Source of the DNA: a virus
IMG/VR virus record: IMGVR_UViG_3300009502_000041
Span: 10,271-74,270 of that record
Direction: 5' to 3' (one strand)
Length of the DNA: 64,000 nucleotides
The notes below the pieces were generated by a model. The model did no database searches. It saw only the letters and a list, made by a program, of their open reading frames with translations, and was not told the origin of the DNA. Positions 18,970 through 29,188 of this stretch are shown here, in pieces (the stretch's first letter is position 1; every line of letters starts with the position of its first letter). Made by a program: the position numbers and the translations under genes.

Positions 18970-20577
18970 TTAGTTAATATTTAATATAAATTTACTTTTA
19001 CCACAGTCAAATATTTTTAAATATTTATTATTTATATCTTGTTCTTTGTCATTATTAAAAACCTGTATTTCTTTTTTATTATATCTCGTTAATCCACTTG
19101 ATTTAAAATAGTAATAATCTGGCTTGGTATTATTTAAAAAACTAAAACCGAGTTGTTTTAATAAACTATCATTTGAATATCTTCTATCCGAAAAAGTTAT
19201 AATTGACTTTGGTTGATATGTTATAATAAAATAATTTAATAACTTACTTGCACCATCAACTACATAATGATTGATCTTATTACAAATATTAATCATTTTA
19301 TATTCATTCTTATTAGTTTTTTTAAATGATATTAAAAAAACTAATTCATCATCATTATATAACCCAAAATTTAATTTAGATTTAGTATAATCGTGAATAT
19401 TATTTTCATTTAGAAATATTTTAGACTTATCAGAATTAATATTATTAATAACACAATCCTCACTAAATATTTTACTGTTAAATATGTTTAATTTTGATTT
19501 AATTATACTTTTAACAATTTCTTTTTTAAAAACCCACTCATCTTCAAAAACATGTAATAATTGAATTTCTTTTTTCTCACATAATTCTGTTTTATTTAAA
19601 TGGTATTTATTATTTTTATATATGCTAGAGTGCCAATATAAACCATCAAATTCAACTCCTAACCTGCTTTCAGGTATGTAAATATCAATTTCTTTATTAT
19701 TTAAAATTGTTTTATTTTTTTCTGTTTTAAGTTTTAAATCATTTTCTATAAATGATTTAATTTCATCTTCTTTAAGCGAAGAATTATTTCCAACTGGATT
19801 GCATATTATACAAGGATTTTCACATTTTCCTAAAATAACTCTCCAATAAAATACTTTTTTATTTATGGTATATTCACTATGTATTTTACACTGATTTTTA
19901 ATTAAATAATTATTGTTACCATTATTAGTAATTATTACATCTTTACCCATAATGTCGGCAGATAATTTAATTGTATTTTTTGTTTGATTTATTATTGATT
20001 TATTTTTAATGTTAATATTTTTCATTGGGTGAGATACTCCGTAATTTTCAAATAAGGTCTTTTTTATTTTATTTTTAACCAAAGGAGATTGTGATGGATA
20101 ATTAACACCTAAGTTTTTTTGATTTGTTTGAATTACTTTATTTTTAATTTCTTTTGATTGTGAAATATGTTCAACCCCATATTTTTTAATTAAACTATTT
20201 TTTATTTTGTTTTTAACGTCTGCATTTTGAAAAACACAATTGCTACCATATTTTATATTATTGGTGCTTTTTATTCTATTTTTAATATTATTATCATTAT
20301 TAATACATTCATTTGAGCAATATCTAAAATATTTGTTATTGGTATTACCCCAATTTACATTCTTATTACAAACTGGGCATACTGGTATTTTTATTATATT
20401 ATTTACATAATTAAATAATTTCTGTTTAAAACTAAAATTATTTGAAAAATATAATAAATCATGTATATTTATTTCATCATAATTTATATTATGGTGTGAT
20501 TTAATATAACTTTCACGACAAACATTAGGGTTTTTATTATTTTTAATTAAAAAAATAAATTCTTCTTTATTTATCAT
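18970..20577 (-). CDS. Hef-like free-standing homing endonuclease
   Basis: CPVC..YCSNEC, KYG repeats, EIDIYIPESRLGVEFDGLYWHS, FEDEW, SDRRYS, IFDCG; paralog of the gene at 5785. Confidence 0.87.
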   Translation of the reverse strand: MINKEEFIFLIKNNKNPNVCRESYIKSHHNINYDEINIHDLLYFSNNFSFKQKLFNYVNNIIKIPVCPVCNKNVNWGNTNNKYFRYCSNECINNDNNIKNRIKSTNNIKYGSNCVFQNADVKNKIKNSLIKKYGVEHISQSKEIKNKVIQTNQKNLGVNYPSQSPLVKNKIKKTLFENYGVSHPMKNINIKNKSIINQTKNTIKLSADIMGKDVIITNNGNNNYLIKNQCKIHSEYTINKKVFYWRVILGKCENPCIICNPVGNNSSLKEDEIKSFIENDLKLKTEKNKTILNNKEIDIYIPESRLGVEFDGLYWHSSIYKNNKYHLNKTELCEKKEIQLLHVFEDEWVFKKEIVKSIIKSKLNIFNSKIFSEDCVINNINSDKSKIFLNENNIHDYTKSKLNFGLYNDDELVFLISFKKTNKNEYKMINICNKINHYVVDGASKLLNYFIITYQPKSIITFSDRRYSNDSLLKQLGFSFLNNTKPDYYYFKSSGLTRYNKKEIQVFNNDKEQDINNKYLKIFDCGKSKFILNIN

Positions 20578-20707
20578 TTCTAATATTTTTAATTATAAAT
20601 TGTCTAATTTCATGTGACATAGTAGTTCTATTTTTTTCTGTTATAATTTTAAATTGATTGAACAATTCTTCATCTAGCCTGATCATTAAAGTTTTTACTT
20701 TTTTCAT
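20567..20707 (-). CDS. Ribbon-helix-helix (Arc/CopG-like) DNA-binding protein, 46 aa; absent from the ORF track
   Basis: MKKVKTLMIRLDEELFNQFKIITEKNRTTMSHEIRQFIIKNIRNDK: alternating beta strand followed by two helices; GTATTTAT upstream at 20726-20733. Confidence 0.75.
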   Translation of the reverse strand: MKKVKTLMIRLDEELFNQFKIITEKNRTTMSHEIRQFIIKNIRNDK

Positions 20708-20812
20708 AACATTGTTATTACATTTATAAATACAAAGATATAAATAATAATTAAATATATTTTAAAATATATTATTTAACTCTTTGTATTTATATAAAAA
20801 CGTTAAATTATC

Positions 20813-23347
20813 ATGGCTAAAAATCCCACTTCTGTAAATGCTAATAATCTTAAACAAGTTAATGATGCACTAGAAAAACAAGCCAAATTATATTCCGATC
20901 TCGGTGCTAAAGAAGAAGCAATGTTTTTAAAACAGAAAATGGCTGAAAATAACAGAACGGCTATTAATAAACTTCTTAAAGAACAATTAGAATTAACTAA
21001 TTTGATCGGTCCTAAGACCATTGAACAAGAAGAAACACTTGCAAAAATTCCTGCTCTATTAAATAAAATTACGAAAGAACACGCAAAATTAATTGCCGAT
21101 TTAAAAACCGAAAATGAATTATTAAAATCTGGTGTTAAATACAGACAAATTGCTGTTGATTTAACAAGAGAATTGGGCAATCAATTAAAACTTGGGTGGA
21201 CATATTTACAAGCATCAGATAAAGCAATTAAATCAACAATTCTTAATTTAGGAATGTCTGGTGCTAAAGCAGTCGAAATGAGATTATCTTTTGAGCAATC
21301 CGCACAATTTGCTGCAACTTTAGGTGCTAATTTGGAAGATATTCAAAAAATAATGGAGGGTTTTGCTGATGAAACTGGTAGAGCACGTGTATTATCAGCT
21401 CAAATGGTTGAAGATGTTGTAACTATGGGTAAAGGTACTGGATTAGGTATTGAAAATGCAACTAAACTTGGTGCTCAATTTGAATATATGGGTGTTGATG
21501 TTAAAAATACAATGAATTTTGTACAAGGTGTTGTAGACACATCTGAAAGAATGGGTGTTAATACAACTAAAGTATTAAAAACAGTTAATGATAATTTTAA
21601 AAAATTAAGTACTTTTACTTTTCAGGGTGGTGTAAAGGCAATGGGTCAAATGGCAATGAATGCCGAAAAAACTAGAGTAAGTTTAGCTACCGCACTTAAT
21701 GTTGCCGAAGCAACTAGAGGATTAGATCAAGTTATTGAATTAGGTGCTAATTTACAGGTAATGGGTGGTGAGTTTGCTAAAATGGACCCATTCCAATGGT
21801 TATATATGGCTCGTAATGAACCAGATAAAATGACTGAAAAAATTTCTGAAATGACAAAGGGTATTTATACACTTAAAAAAAATTCAGATGGTACTTTTGA
21901 AAAATTTATAAGTCCTGAAGATAGAGATAGACTTGCAAACGTTGCAAAATCATTAGGAATATCACAAGAAGAAATATCACAAATTGCACAAAGAAGACTT
22001 GATTTAAGTCTTTTAGATAAACAAACTGCTGGAATGGGTTTAACTAAACGTGAAAAAGAATTAATTCAAGGTGCATCCACAATGAATAGTGCCACAGGTA
22101 AATATCAAGTATTACTTGGTGGTCATATGCAAGATATTAGTACTTTAACTAAAGACCAAGCAGATGCATTTGCTAAAGAACAAGTATTACTTAAAGATAG
22201 AGCAAAAGAAGCCCAAACCTTTGATGAGGCATTTAAAAACACCATAAACGCATTAAAAGCAGCATTATTGCCTTTGTTAGATAATGTGAATGGTTTATTA
22301 AAAACCGTTAGACCAATTTTTGATGCAATAAGTAAGTTTGGAACTGGTGGTGCGATTGCAACATTATTACTTGCGGGTCTTGCGTGGAAAGGCGTTGTTG
22401 GTGTTCTTGGTAGATTAACAAGTACTTTTGTTGAAAAAGGAGTTTCTACTGTAGGTGGTTCTATTGGTAGAATGTTTGGGAAAAACCCAGTATATGGGCC
22501 ACAATTACCCCCACCCACAGCACCAGCAGGTGGTGGTACATTTGGGGGTGGTGCAGGTGGTACTGCATTAGGTATTGGTGCAGGTATTGGTGCTGCTGCT
22601 TTAGGTACTGGCGCAGGTGTTGGTGCTGCTGCTGCTGGTATTAGTTTATTGGCAGATGCAATGAGTAAATTGGATGTTGAAAAAGCAAAAATTTTACAAA
22701 ACATAGTAATCACAATTGGTTTAATTACAGCAGCTGGAATTGCAGCTGCTACCACATTAATGTTTGCTGCACCATCAATAGTTGCTTTTGGCACAGCAGC
22801 GGGTGCAGCATCTATTGGTATTGGTATGTTAGCAATAGCATTAACACCGATTGGTCTTTCAGTTTTAGCAATAGGTGCAGGTATTGGTCTTGCAACAGCT
22901 GGAATTGGATATATGTTTACAGGAATTGGTAATTTAGTAACAGGAGTTGGTAATTTAGTTACATCATTTTCTAATTTAAAAATAAGTAGCGAAACACTTA
23001 CAGCAATAAAAACAATTGCACTAAGTGCACCAGATTTTAAAATAGTTGGTGATAGTTTTGCTAATATAAATGCAGCTTTATCTGGAAGTAAAGATGATTG
23101 GGTTGCTGTTCAAAATGCAATTACTGCAATTAGCGGTGCAAACATATCTGGTGGTGGAATGTTGGCTGAATTAGCAAACCTATTGAGAAGTCCATTAAAA
23201 GTTGAATTCACCGATAAAAATGTTGCTATCGTAAGTAATATTACAATGGAAATAGATGGGGAGAAATTTATGCAAAAAGTATATAATATTAATACTTCAG
23301 TACAAAAACTTGCATCTGCTAGAAATGGAACAGGTGGACAAGTGTAA
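20813..23347 (+). CDS. Tape measure protein
   Basis: Long Ala/Gly/Leu-rich helical protein with hydrophobic C-terminal segments, located between the chaperone and baseplate genes. Confidence 0.85.
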   Translation: MAKNPTSVNANNLKQVNDALEKQAKLYSDLGAKEEAMFLKQKMAENNRTAINKLLKEQLELTNLIGPKTIEQEETLAKIPALLNKITKEHAKLIADLKTENELLKSGVKYRQIAVDLTRELGNQLKLGWTYLQASDKAIKSTILNLGMSGAKAVEMRLSFEQSAQFAATLGANLEDIQKIMEGFADETGRARVLSAQMVEDVVTMGKGTGLGIENATKLGAQFEYMGVDVKNTMNFVQGVVDTSERMGVNTTKVLKTVNDNFKKLSTFTFQGGVKAMGQMAMNAEKTRVSLATALNVAEATRGLDQVIELGANLQVMGGEFAKMDPFQWLYMARNEPDKMTEKISEMTKGIYTLKKNSDGTFEKFISPEDRDRLANVAKSLGISQEEISQIAQRRLDLSLLDKQTAGMGLTKREKELIQGASTMNSATGKYQVLLGGHMQDISTLTKDQADAFAKEQVLLKDRAKEAQTFDEAFKNTINALKAALLPLLDNVNGLLKTVRPIFDAISKFGTGGAIATLLLAGLAWKGVVGVLGRLTSTFVEKGVSTVGGSIGRMFGKNPVYGPQLPPPTAPAGGGTFGGGAGGTALGIGAGIGAAALGTGAGVGAAAAGISLLADAMSKLDVEKAKILQNIVITIGLITAAGIAAATTLMFAAPSIVAFGTAAGAASIGIGMLAIALTPIGLSVLAIGAGIGLATAGIGYMFTGIGNLVTGVGNLVTSFSNLKISSETLTAIKTIALSAPDFKIVGDSFANINAALSGSKDDWVAVQNAITAISGANISGGGMLAELANLLRSPLKVEFTDKNVAIVSNITMEIDGEKFMQKVYNINTSVQKLASARNGTGGQV

Positions 23348-23477
23348 ACATAAATACCTAATTATCAGCTATTTAAATTTATTTTATTATTTATTTAATT
23401 GTTAATATTTGTTAATAAAAGTTAAATATTAATATTTTTATCAAAAACATGGTAATTACTAACTTTATTTTTTGTAA

Positions 23478-23580
23478 CTTTGACGTAGCTTTACGCAAGC
23501 GCACAGCATAGCGTACTGACGTACACTACACAGTCTCGCACCGCACGCTACTTTCTTCAGTTCTGCGAACCAAAGAACAA
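23478..23580. other. GC-rich, self-complementary intergenic element (candidate ncRNA or origin element)
   Basis: About 50% GC inside very AT-rich flanks; complementary pairs CTTTG/CAAAG, GTAGC/GCTAC, TAGCGT/ACGCTA and GTAC-TGAC-GTAC. Confidence 0.4.
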
Positions 23581-23842
23581 ATTTACAAGGTTTGTTATTG
23601 AATTTTTCAAATCCAATTAAAACTTGACATGATAGGGTAGCTATATTCATTTTATAAATAAAATTCAAATTAAAAATCAAAAGTAGTAATTAAATTATAA
23701 TAAAAAATAATTATTACAAATTATTACCCAATTTTTTTGTTAAAATAATGGTGAGAAAAATTTTTGGGTTTTGGAGCGGTCTATTCCAATGTAAAAATAC
23801 AGTAAATAAAATCAATATGCAAGTATTTATTTAAAAAAATTA

Positions 23843-26800
23843 ATGGCAAATACATCTGGTATTCCAACTTCAAGATTATTAACTAGTACGGAGGCTTTGA
23901 GAAAGACATTAGCTGCTAGAAATATTTATGCACCTGATACTGAATATCCTATTAATACTCAAACTACAGTTAATAAAACTGTTGATGCTATTAATAGTGT
24001 TATTGCAGGAATAACACCTTTCAAATCGATCAATCTTGAAAATACTGTATTTGGTAGAATTGTAACAAATCAAACTCCAATTTCAACAATTGGTTTAGCT
24101 ATGCTTGCTAAACAAATGGCACTCAATTCGATGTCACATGCTTCTCAGCAAGTATTACCTGTATTAAATTTAAGTAATGTTTTAACTGGAAAACCAATAA
24201 TATCATTTAGCAAGAATTATAATATTACGGTTAAATCAAGCACAAGCTTTTTAGAAAAATTAAGTCATATTGCTGCATATTGGTATCCAAATAGAGATTA
24301 TCCATTTAAGCCAACCTCAACCAATGATGATTATATCAAAAATAGTGGTAAGGGACAATTAAGTTTAATGTATACTGCTATTAATAGAAATCCCTATAAA
24401 CAGGGTAAAGTTGGTGATGTTTTTTCTGAATATGCAGATGTTGTAAAAATACCAATTAACCCAAGAGATGTAATTTATAATATAGGTAATAAAACTTTTT
24501 TTAATTATAATGATAATAAGGAATATCCTTATTTGAAAACAGTACCTAAAGAAAGTTCAATTGCACAGGCAAATGCTGGAATGAATCAGGCATATGTTTT
24601 AAATGGTTCATCAATACAAGAATATGCACCAACTGCTGAGTTTATTGATAATAATTTTGGAAGCACTATTTCTAAAGTATCTGACGAAATGTTAGATGAA
24701 GGATTTTTAAACTTATATTCTGACTATAATATGAATAGTTGGGTTGGTGATAATACTGAATTTAGTGATTTAATTGAAAATAAAGTTGTTTGGGGTAGAG
24801 ATGGTGTTACTAAAGAAACTGCTGCAATAACATCTGGTTTACAAGGTCTTCCTAGTGGTGTTTCAGTTGTTCCTCAAAATTTATCTAGTGGATTTAACAT
24901 AAATGCTGGTTTATTGGAATATACGAGAAATCTAGTAAATGCTACAGAAGGTTCTGTTGTTGATATTACAAGAAAAGCATATTTAAAAGACGGTAAAATT
25001 GCTGGATTTAATGGTTCTGCACTATGGAGAGCACCCTCAACGTCATTTCCTGAAAATGCTGGAAAAGTTGGCTTACGTCAACATTCCGTATTAGATCAAT
25101 ATGATAGATTTGCAAAAGCAATTCGATTTAATGGTAATAATTTATATCAGGGAAATGAAGATTCTGTAATATTCAATTCAGTGTTACCACGCATACATCC
25201 CGTTTTAAATAAAAAAGGTGTGTTGGAAAATAAAAATATGATGTTTAGTATTGAAAATCTTGCCATTCGTGTAATAAGCACTAACGATGGTTTTGGTGTG
25301 ATTGATGATGAATATGGTTCACCTATACCAGCAAGTGAAGTCGGTCAGTTCAACGGGCGTGTGATGTGGTTTCCACCATACAACTTGGAAGTTAATGAAA
25401 CTGCAACAGCTAAATATGAGTCTACTGTAATGGTGGGAAGAAATGAACCAATGTATAATTACATGAATTCAGAAAGAAGTGCAACATTAAATTTTTCTTT
25501 ATTGGTTGATTATCCACCACAATTAAGAAATTTTGCTAATAGCGAGACTGCTCATAAAGACATTGCGGAATTTTTTGCATTTGGAGGCGATTCAACTGCT
25601 TTACAGGGAAAATATAAAGGTGATTCTGAATATAAAATAAAGCAACTAGAAGAGGAAATAAATAAAATTAATGGTGGTGGTGCAATCTCCGAACCAAAAA
25701 TTAACGTTCCTACCCCTATCTCAATATATTTTCCAAACAATATTCCAGAAGAGGGAGATGATCTTAATTCAATTATTGATGAGATGTATAAAGGCGGTAA
25801 GGGCGGTTATCATTATGAGATTATTCCTAATTGTAAATCGAGTGATGGGGGTCATTACGCATTAAATGCTCCAATTTATTGGATTAGTGGTGTTACTCAA
25901 GAATTTGATGACATAACTGGAAAATTTGTATATTATGCACCAACTTCACCATCATTTTCACAATATGAGTATTCATCCACTAATCAAGACGGATTTAGTT
26001 CTAGTTTAAATTTAAATAAAGTATTAAAAGATGTGTATGATAATGAAATGCTTAGAAAATATTATAGTATTAGAATAGTAGGTGCTGCATCAAAATTATA
26101 TATTGAAAATGGTACAAACGGTACTGAGGTTAATTTTAATAATCTTTTGGGTCAAAGAAGGGCAGATGCTGCAAAATCTTTTGTAGACCAAAGATTAATT
26201 GCAATTTATGATAAATCAGCAACAGAATTGGGTATTGATATAGTTACTTCAACTTCAGGTAGTATTAGTGCTAAAGCCCCCGCTACTGCTGATGCAATAC
26301 CATTATTATCTACTAAACTGGAGAGAAATGCTAGTATTAATATATATCGAAATAACAAGACTTTTGACGAAAAAGCAAAAAAATTAACCATAGAAGAAGA
26401 AGAAACAATTAAACAATTACAAATCGAAATTGACGTTTTAACAACTCAGATTAATAATACTAAATCACCAAGAGAATTAATTTATAATGAAAGAAAAGCA
26501 AGTGAGACCGCAATTTTAAATGGTTTTAAATCAGTTACTGGTAATTATTTGTATCCAGCATTTCATTCTCAGACACCAGAAGATTTTCATAAAAGATTAA
26601 CATTTTTACAACAATGTACAAGACAGGGTGCAGCTAAAAGATATGATGTTGTAAATGAAAATGGAACATTAAGAGCAAAGAATTCGGTTTTCGGTAGACA
26701 ACCCATATGTATTTTAAGGGTTGGCGATTTCTTTTATACAAAAGTTATAATTGAAAATGTTAACATTGACTATAATGAAGTTCCTTGGGATATGAACCCA

Positions 26801-27106
26801 GAGGGATTTGGCATGCAACCAATGATGGCTAAAGTTACATTACAAATGAAATTAATTGGTGGTCAATCGTTGAAAGGACCGATCGATGCACTTCAGAATG
26901 CCGTTTCGTTTAACTATTATGCTAATTCATCTTATAGTTCAGATGGTATGTATAAATTGCCTTCAGACCAAGCAACTGCGCAGTCTTCATATATCAATGG
27001 CATTTTAACTACCGAAAAAAATAGTCTAATGGGGGCATATGATAAAAAACATCCCAAAAACACTAACACTGTAATTAATGGACAAACAACCGTTAATAAT
27101 GAATAA
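23843..27106 (+). CDS. Large baseplate/tail-tube initiator protein with an OmpA-like insertion
   Basis: FPPY..GRNEPMYNY.NSERSATLNFSLLVD and FGRQPICILRVGDFF..PWD..QPMMAKV tube-initiator motifs; sits between the tape measure and the gp53-like gene. Confidence 0.7.
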   Translation: MANTSGIPTSRLLTSTEALRKTLAARNIYAPDTEYPINTQTTVNKTVDAINSVIAGITPFKSINLENTVFGRIVTNQTPISTIGLAMLAKQMALNSMSHASQQVLPVLNLSNVLTGKPIISFSKNYNITVKSSTSFLEKLSHIAAYWYPNRDYPFKPTSTNDDYIKNSGKGQLSLMYTAINRNPYKQGKVGDVFSEYADVVKIPINPRDVIYNIGNKTFFNYNDNKEYPYLKTVPKESSIAQANAGMNQAYVLNGSSIQEYAPTAEFIDNNFGSTISKVSDEMLDEGFLNLYSDYNMNSWVGDNTEFSDLIENKVVWGRDGVTKETAAITSGLQGLPSGVSVVPQNLSSGFNINAGLLEYTRNLVNATEGSVVDITRKAYLKDGKIAGFNGSALWRAPSTSFPENAGKVGLRQHSVLDQYDRFAKAIRFNGNNLYQGNEDSVIFNSVLPRIHPVLNKKGVLENKNMMFSIENLAIRVISTNDGFGVIDDEYGSPIPASEVGQFNGRVMWFPPYNLEVNETATAKYESTVMVGRNEPMYNYMNSERSATLNFSLLVDYPPQLRNFANSETAHKDIAEFFAFGGDSTALQGKYKGDSEYKIKQLEEEINKINGGGAISEPKINVPTPISIYFPNNIPEEGDDLNSIIDEMYKGGKGGYHYEIIPNCKSSDGGHYALNAPIYWISGVTQEFDDITGKFVYYAPTSPSFSQYEYSSTNQDGFSSSLNLNKVLKDVYDNEMLRKYYSIRIVGAASKLYIENGTNGTEVNFNNLLGQRRADAAKSFVDQRLIAIYDKSATELGIDIVTSTSGSISAKAPATADAIPLLSTKLERNASINIYRNNKTFDEKAKKLTIEEEETIKQLQIEIDVLTTQINNTKSPRELIYNERKASETAILNGFKSVTGNYLYPAFHSQTPEDFHKRLTFLQQCTRQGAAKRYDVVNENGTLRAKNSVFGRQPICILRVGDFFYTKVIIENVNIDYNEVPWDMNPEGFGMQPMMAKVTLQMKLIGGQSLKGPIDALQNAVSFNYYANSSYSSDGMYKLPSDQATAQSSYINGILTTEKNSLMGAYDKKHPKNTNTVINGQTTVNNE

Positions 27107-27124
27107 AATTTAAAATAATTAATT

Positions 27125-27439
27125 ATGCCATACGTAGATTATAACAGATATTCAATATTAGCAAATGACAACGGTACAACAGAACTAATGCCTTTTGTCA
27201 ATTTACCAATTAATCAAAGTGACAAATATGAAAACTGGAACACTGAGTTTAGTAGGTTGGACAAATTATCACAAAAATATTATGGTAATCCATTTTATGA
27301 TTTTTTAATATTATATGCTAATAATATTTATCTTAGTGAATTTGACATTCCAGACAATGCGGTTATAAGAATTGGATTTCCTCTAAATAAAGTTAAGGCA
27401 GATTATGAAGCAGCTTTAACTCAATTTAAAAAACAATAA
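27125..27439 (+). CDS. Baseplate wedge protein, gp53/LysM-like
   Basis: RLDKLSQKYYGNP..LILYAN...IPDNAVIRI. Confidence 0.85.
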   Translation: MPYVDYNRYSILANDNGTTELMPFVNLPINQSDKYENWNTEFSRLDKLSQKYYGNPFYDFLILYANNIYLSEFDIPDNAVIRIGFPLNKVKADYEAALTQFKKQ

Positions 27440-27445
27440 TAATCC

Positions 27446-27476
27446 TTGTAAATTACAAATATGTTTTATATATTTG
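27446..27476 (+). promoter_or_regulatory. Bacteroidota-type housekeeping promoter (-33 TTG, -7 TAnnTTTG) at the head of the glycan operon
   Basis: TTG 27446-27448, 20-nt spacer, TATATTTG 27469-27476. Confidence 0.6.
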
Positions 27477-27506
27477 CGGTTGGAATATACTGTAAATATA
27501 TAAACA

Positions 27507-27855
27507 TGAAATACGATGAAATAGTTAAGCAGTTTCAAAGCAATATTTTTGAAACGTTAACAATAACAGAAGTAGCTTTGTTAAAAAATCTAAAGGTGCT
27601 TATTCTAGCGCATTTAAAAATGGTTGGTTTGATGAAGTTTGTTCACATATGATTATAAAACATAAACCAAAAAATTATTGGAATAAGGAAATGTGCACAA
27701 AAGAAGCGTTAAAATATAACGGCAGATACGAATTTCAAAAAAATTCAATGAGTGCTTATCGTTCGGCAATTTTAAATGGCTGGCTAGATGAGGTTTGTTC
27801 GCATATGGTAATTTCTGAAATCTATTTAAAAACACAAAAGAATAATGAAAGATAA
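27507..27855 (+). pseudogene. Remnant of a repeat-type homing endonuclease (two DNA-binding repeats, no nuclease domain)
   Basis: Frame open from 27553: NRSSFVKKSKGAYSSAFKNGWFDEVCSHM then YWNKEMCTKEALKY..SAY..NGWLDEVCSHM, the same repeat as at 49763. Confidence 0.7.
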
Positions 27856-28537
27856 AATAATAGTAGTTTTCTCTTCACATTTAGGAGAAGAATACGATAA
27901 TAAATTCATTAAGCATATTAGTGATACCATTGGAGTTAAGCATACAGCAATTGCTTACCCCAATTACAATCAATTTAGTTTACCTGAAGTCTACAATCTG
28001 GCAATAAAAGAAAATAATGCCAAAAATGTGATATTTGTGTTCTGTCACAATGATCTAACCATACTCAGCCCTAATTGGGGAAGATTATTACTTACAAAAT
28101 TTAATAGCACTAATTATTCGATTATTGGTGTTGCTGGTACTACATACCTTAACGAAAATGGTGTTTGGTGGCACGATAGATCAACAATGCATGGCGTTGT
28201 TGAACATACCGATGGAACAAACACATGGGTTAATGAATACTCAAAACCACGTGCTGGACATATCACTCCCGTTGTTTTAATTGATGGTTTATTTATGGCT
28301 GTTGATTGTAATAACATTGAACATCAATTTGATGAAGATTTTAAAGGCTTCCACCACTACGATACTTCGTTTTGTTTACCTAATGCAATTGCTGGCGTAA
28401 ACATTGGTGTAACCACCGATATAAGAATTTTACACCAATCAGTGGGTATGACAAATGACCAATGGGAATTAAATAGGATACAATTAGTAGAAAAATATAA
28501 AAACGAATTACCAATTTCAATTAATGATTTTAATTAA
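27845..28537 (+). CDS. Glycosyltransferase, GT2-like
   Basis: SLPEVYN, FVFCHND, GVAG, IDGLFMAV, FDEDFKGFHHYD, HQSVG. Confidence 0.85.
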   Translation: MKDKIIVVFSSHLGEEYDNKFIKHISDTIGVKHTAIAYPNYNQFSLPEVYNLAIKENNAKNVIFVFCHNDLTILSPNWGRLLLTKFNSTNYSIIGVAGTTYLNENGVWWHDRSTMHGVVEHTDGTNTWVNEYSKPRAGHITPVVLIDGLFMAVDCNNIEHQFDEDFKGFHHYDTSFCLPNAIAGVNIGVTTDIRILHQSVGMTNDQWELNRIQLVEKYKNELPISINDFN

Positions 28538-28543
28538 AAATTT

Positions 28544-29176
28544 ATGATTAAAGTAGATAAAATAGATGGCGGATTACCAATAAGCATTATTGTACCTCTA
28601 AGTAAAAGCAGAAAAGACTTTTTTGAGCACATGGTATTACCGCTAATTGAAGCAAATGATGTTAATGAAATTATTGTTAATGATGATGAGGGACGTGCAC
28701 CTAAAAAAAGAAATGCAGGATTTAAAAAATCAACTCAGCCATTCATACTGTTTGTAGATGATGATATTCTACTACCAAGTAATTATGCATCAACATTATA
28801 CAAAACTTTAATGAAAAATCCCGATGTTGATTTTGTATATACTGGGTATAATGGCATTGTGTTACATCCCGAATCACACCCAATAGGAAGAAATTTTCAA
28901 ATTCCACCAATTGAATTTAGTATTAACGCTTTAAGACAAGGAAATTATATTTCGACAATGACATTGATGCGCAGAGAAGTATTTCCAATGTTTGACGAAA
29001 ATTTAAAAAGACTACAAGACTGGGACATGTTTTTAACTATCTGTAAAAATGGTGGTAAAGGCATTTTAGTGCCGAATTTAACCTTTTATGCATTCTACCT
29101 TGATTCGGGTATTACTTCTAATGATAATAGTGAAATTGATGCTCTAAATGCAATAAGAATTAAACATCAAATTTAA
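28544..29176 (+). CDS. Glycosyltransferase family 2
   Basis: ISIIVP, RNAG, ILFVDDD, FDENLKRLQDWDMFL. Confidence 0.92.
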   Translation: MIKVDKIDGGLPISIIVPLSKSRKDFFEHMVLPLIEANDVNEIIVNDDEGRAPKKRNAGFKKSTQPFILFVDDDILLPSNYASTLYKTLMKNPDVDFVYTGYNGIVLHPESHPIGRNFQIPPIEFSINALRQGNYISTMTLMRREVFPMFDENLKRLQDWDMFLTICKNGGKGILVPNLTFYAFYLDSGITSNDNSEIDALNAIRIKHQI

Positions 29177-29188
29177 GTATTTATTTTA

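Noticed and set aside
22123-22794. 223-aa antisense ORF, along with the other antisense or nested ORFs in the track (e.g. 44404-44886, 39304-39695, 60163-63058)
   Set aside because: Shadow ORFs opposite or within Gly/Ala/Thr-rich real genes, with no motifs or expression signals
23525-23565. CTGAAGA on the minus strand suggesting a hammerhead ribozyme
   Set aside because: No GAAA follows the candidate stem II and the three-stem core cannot be built
23465-23680. 71-aa minus-strand ORF in the intergenic gap
   Set aside because: Non-ATG start, atypical composition, and better explained by the GC-rich structured element
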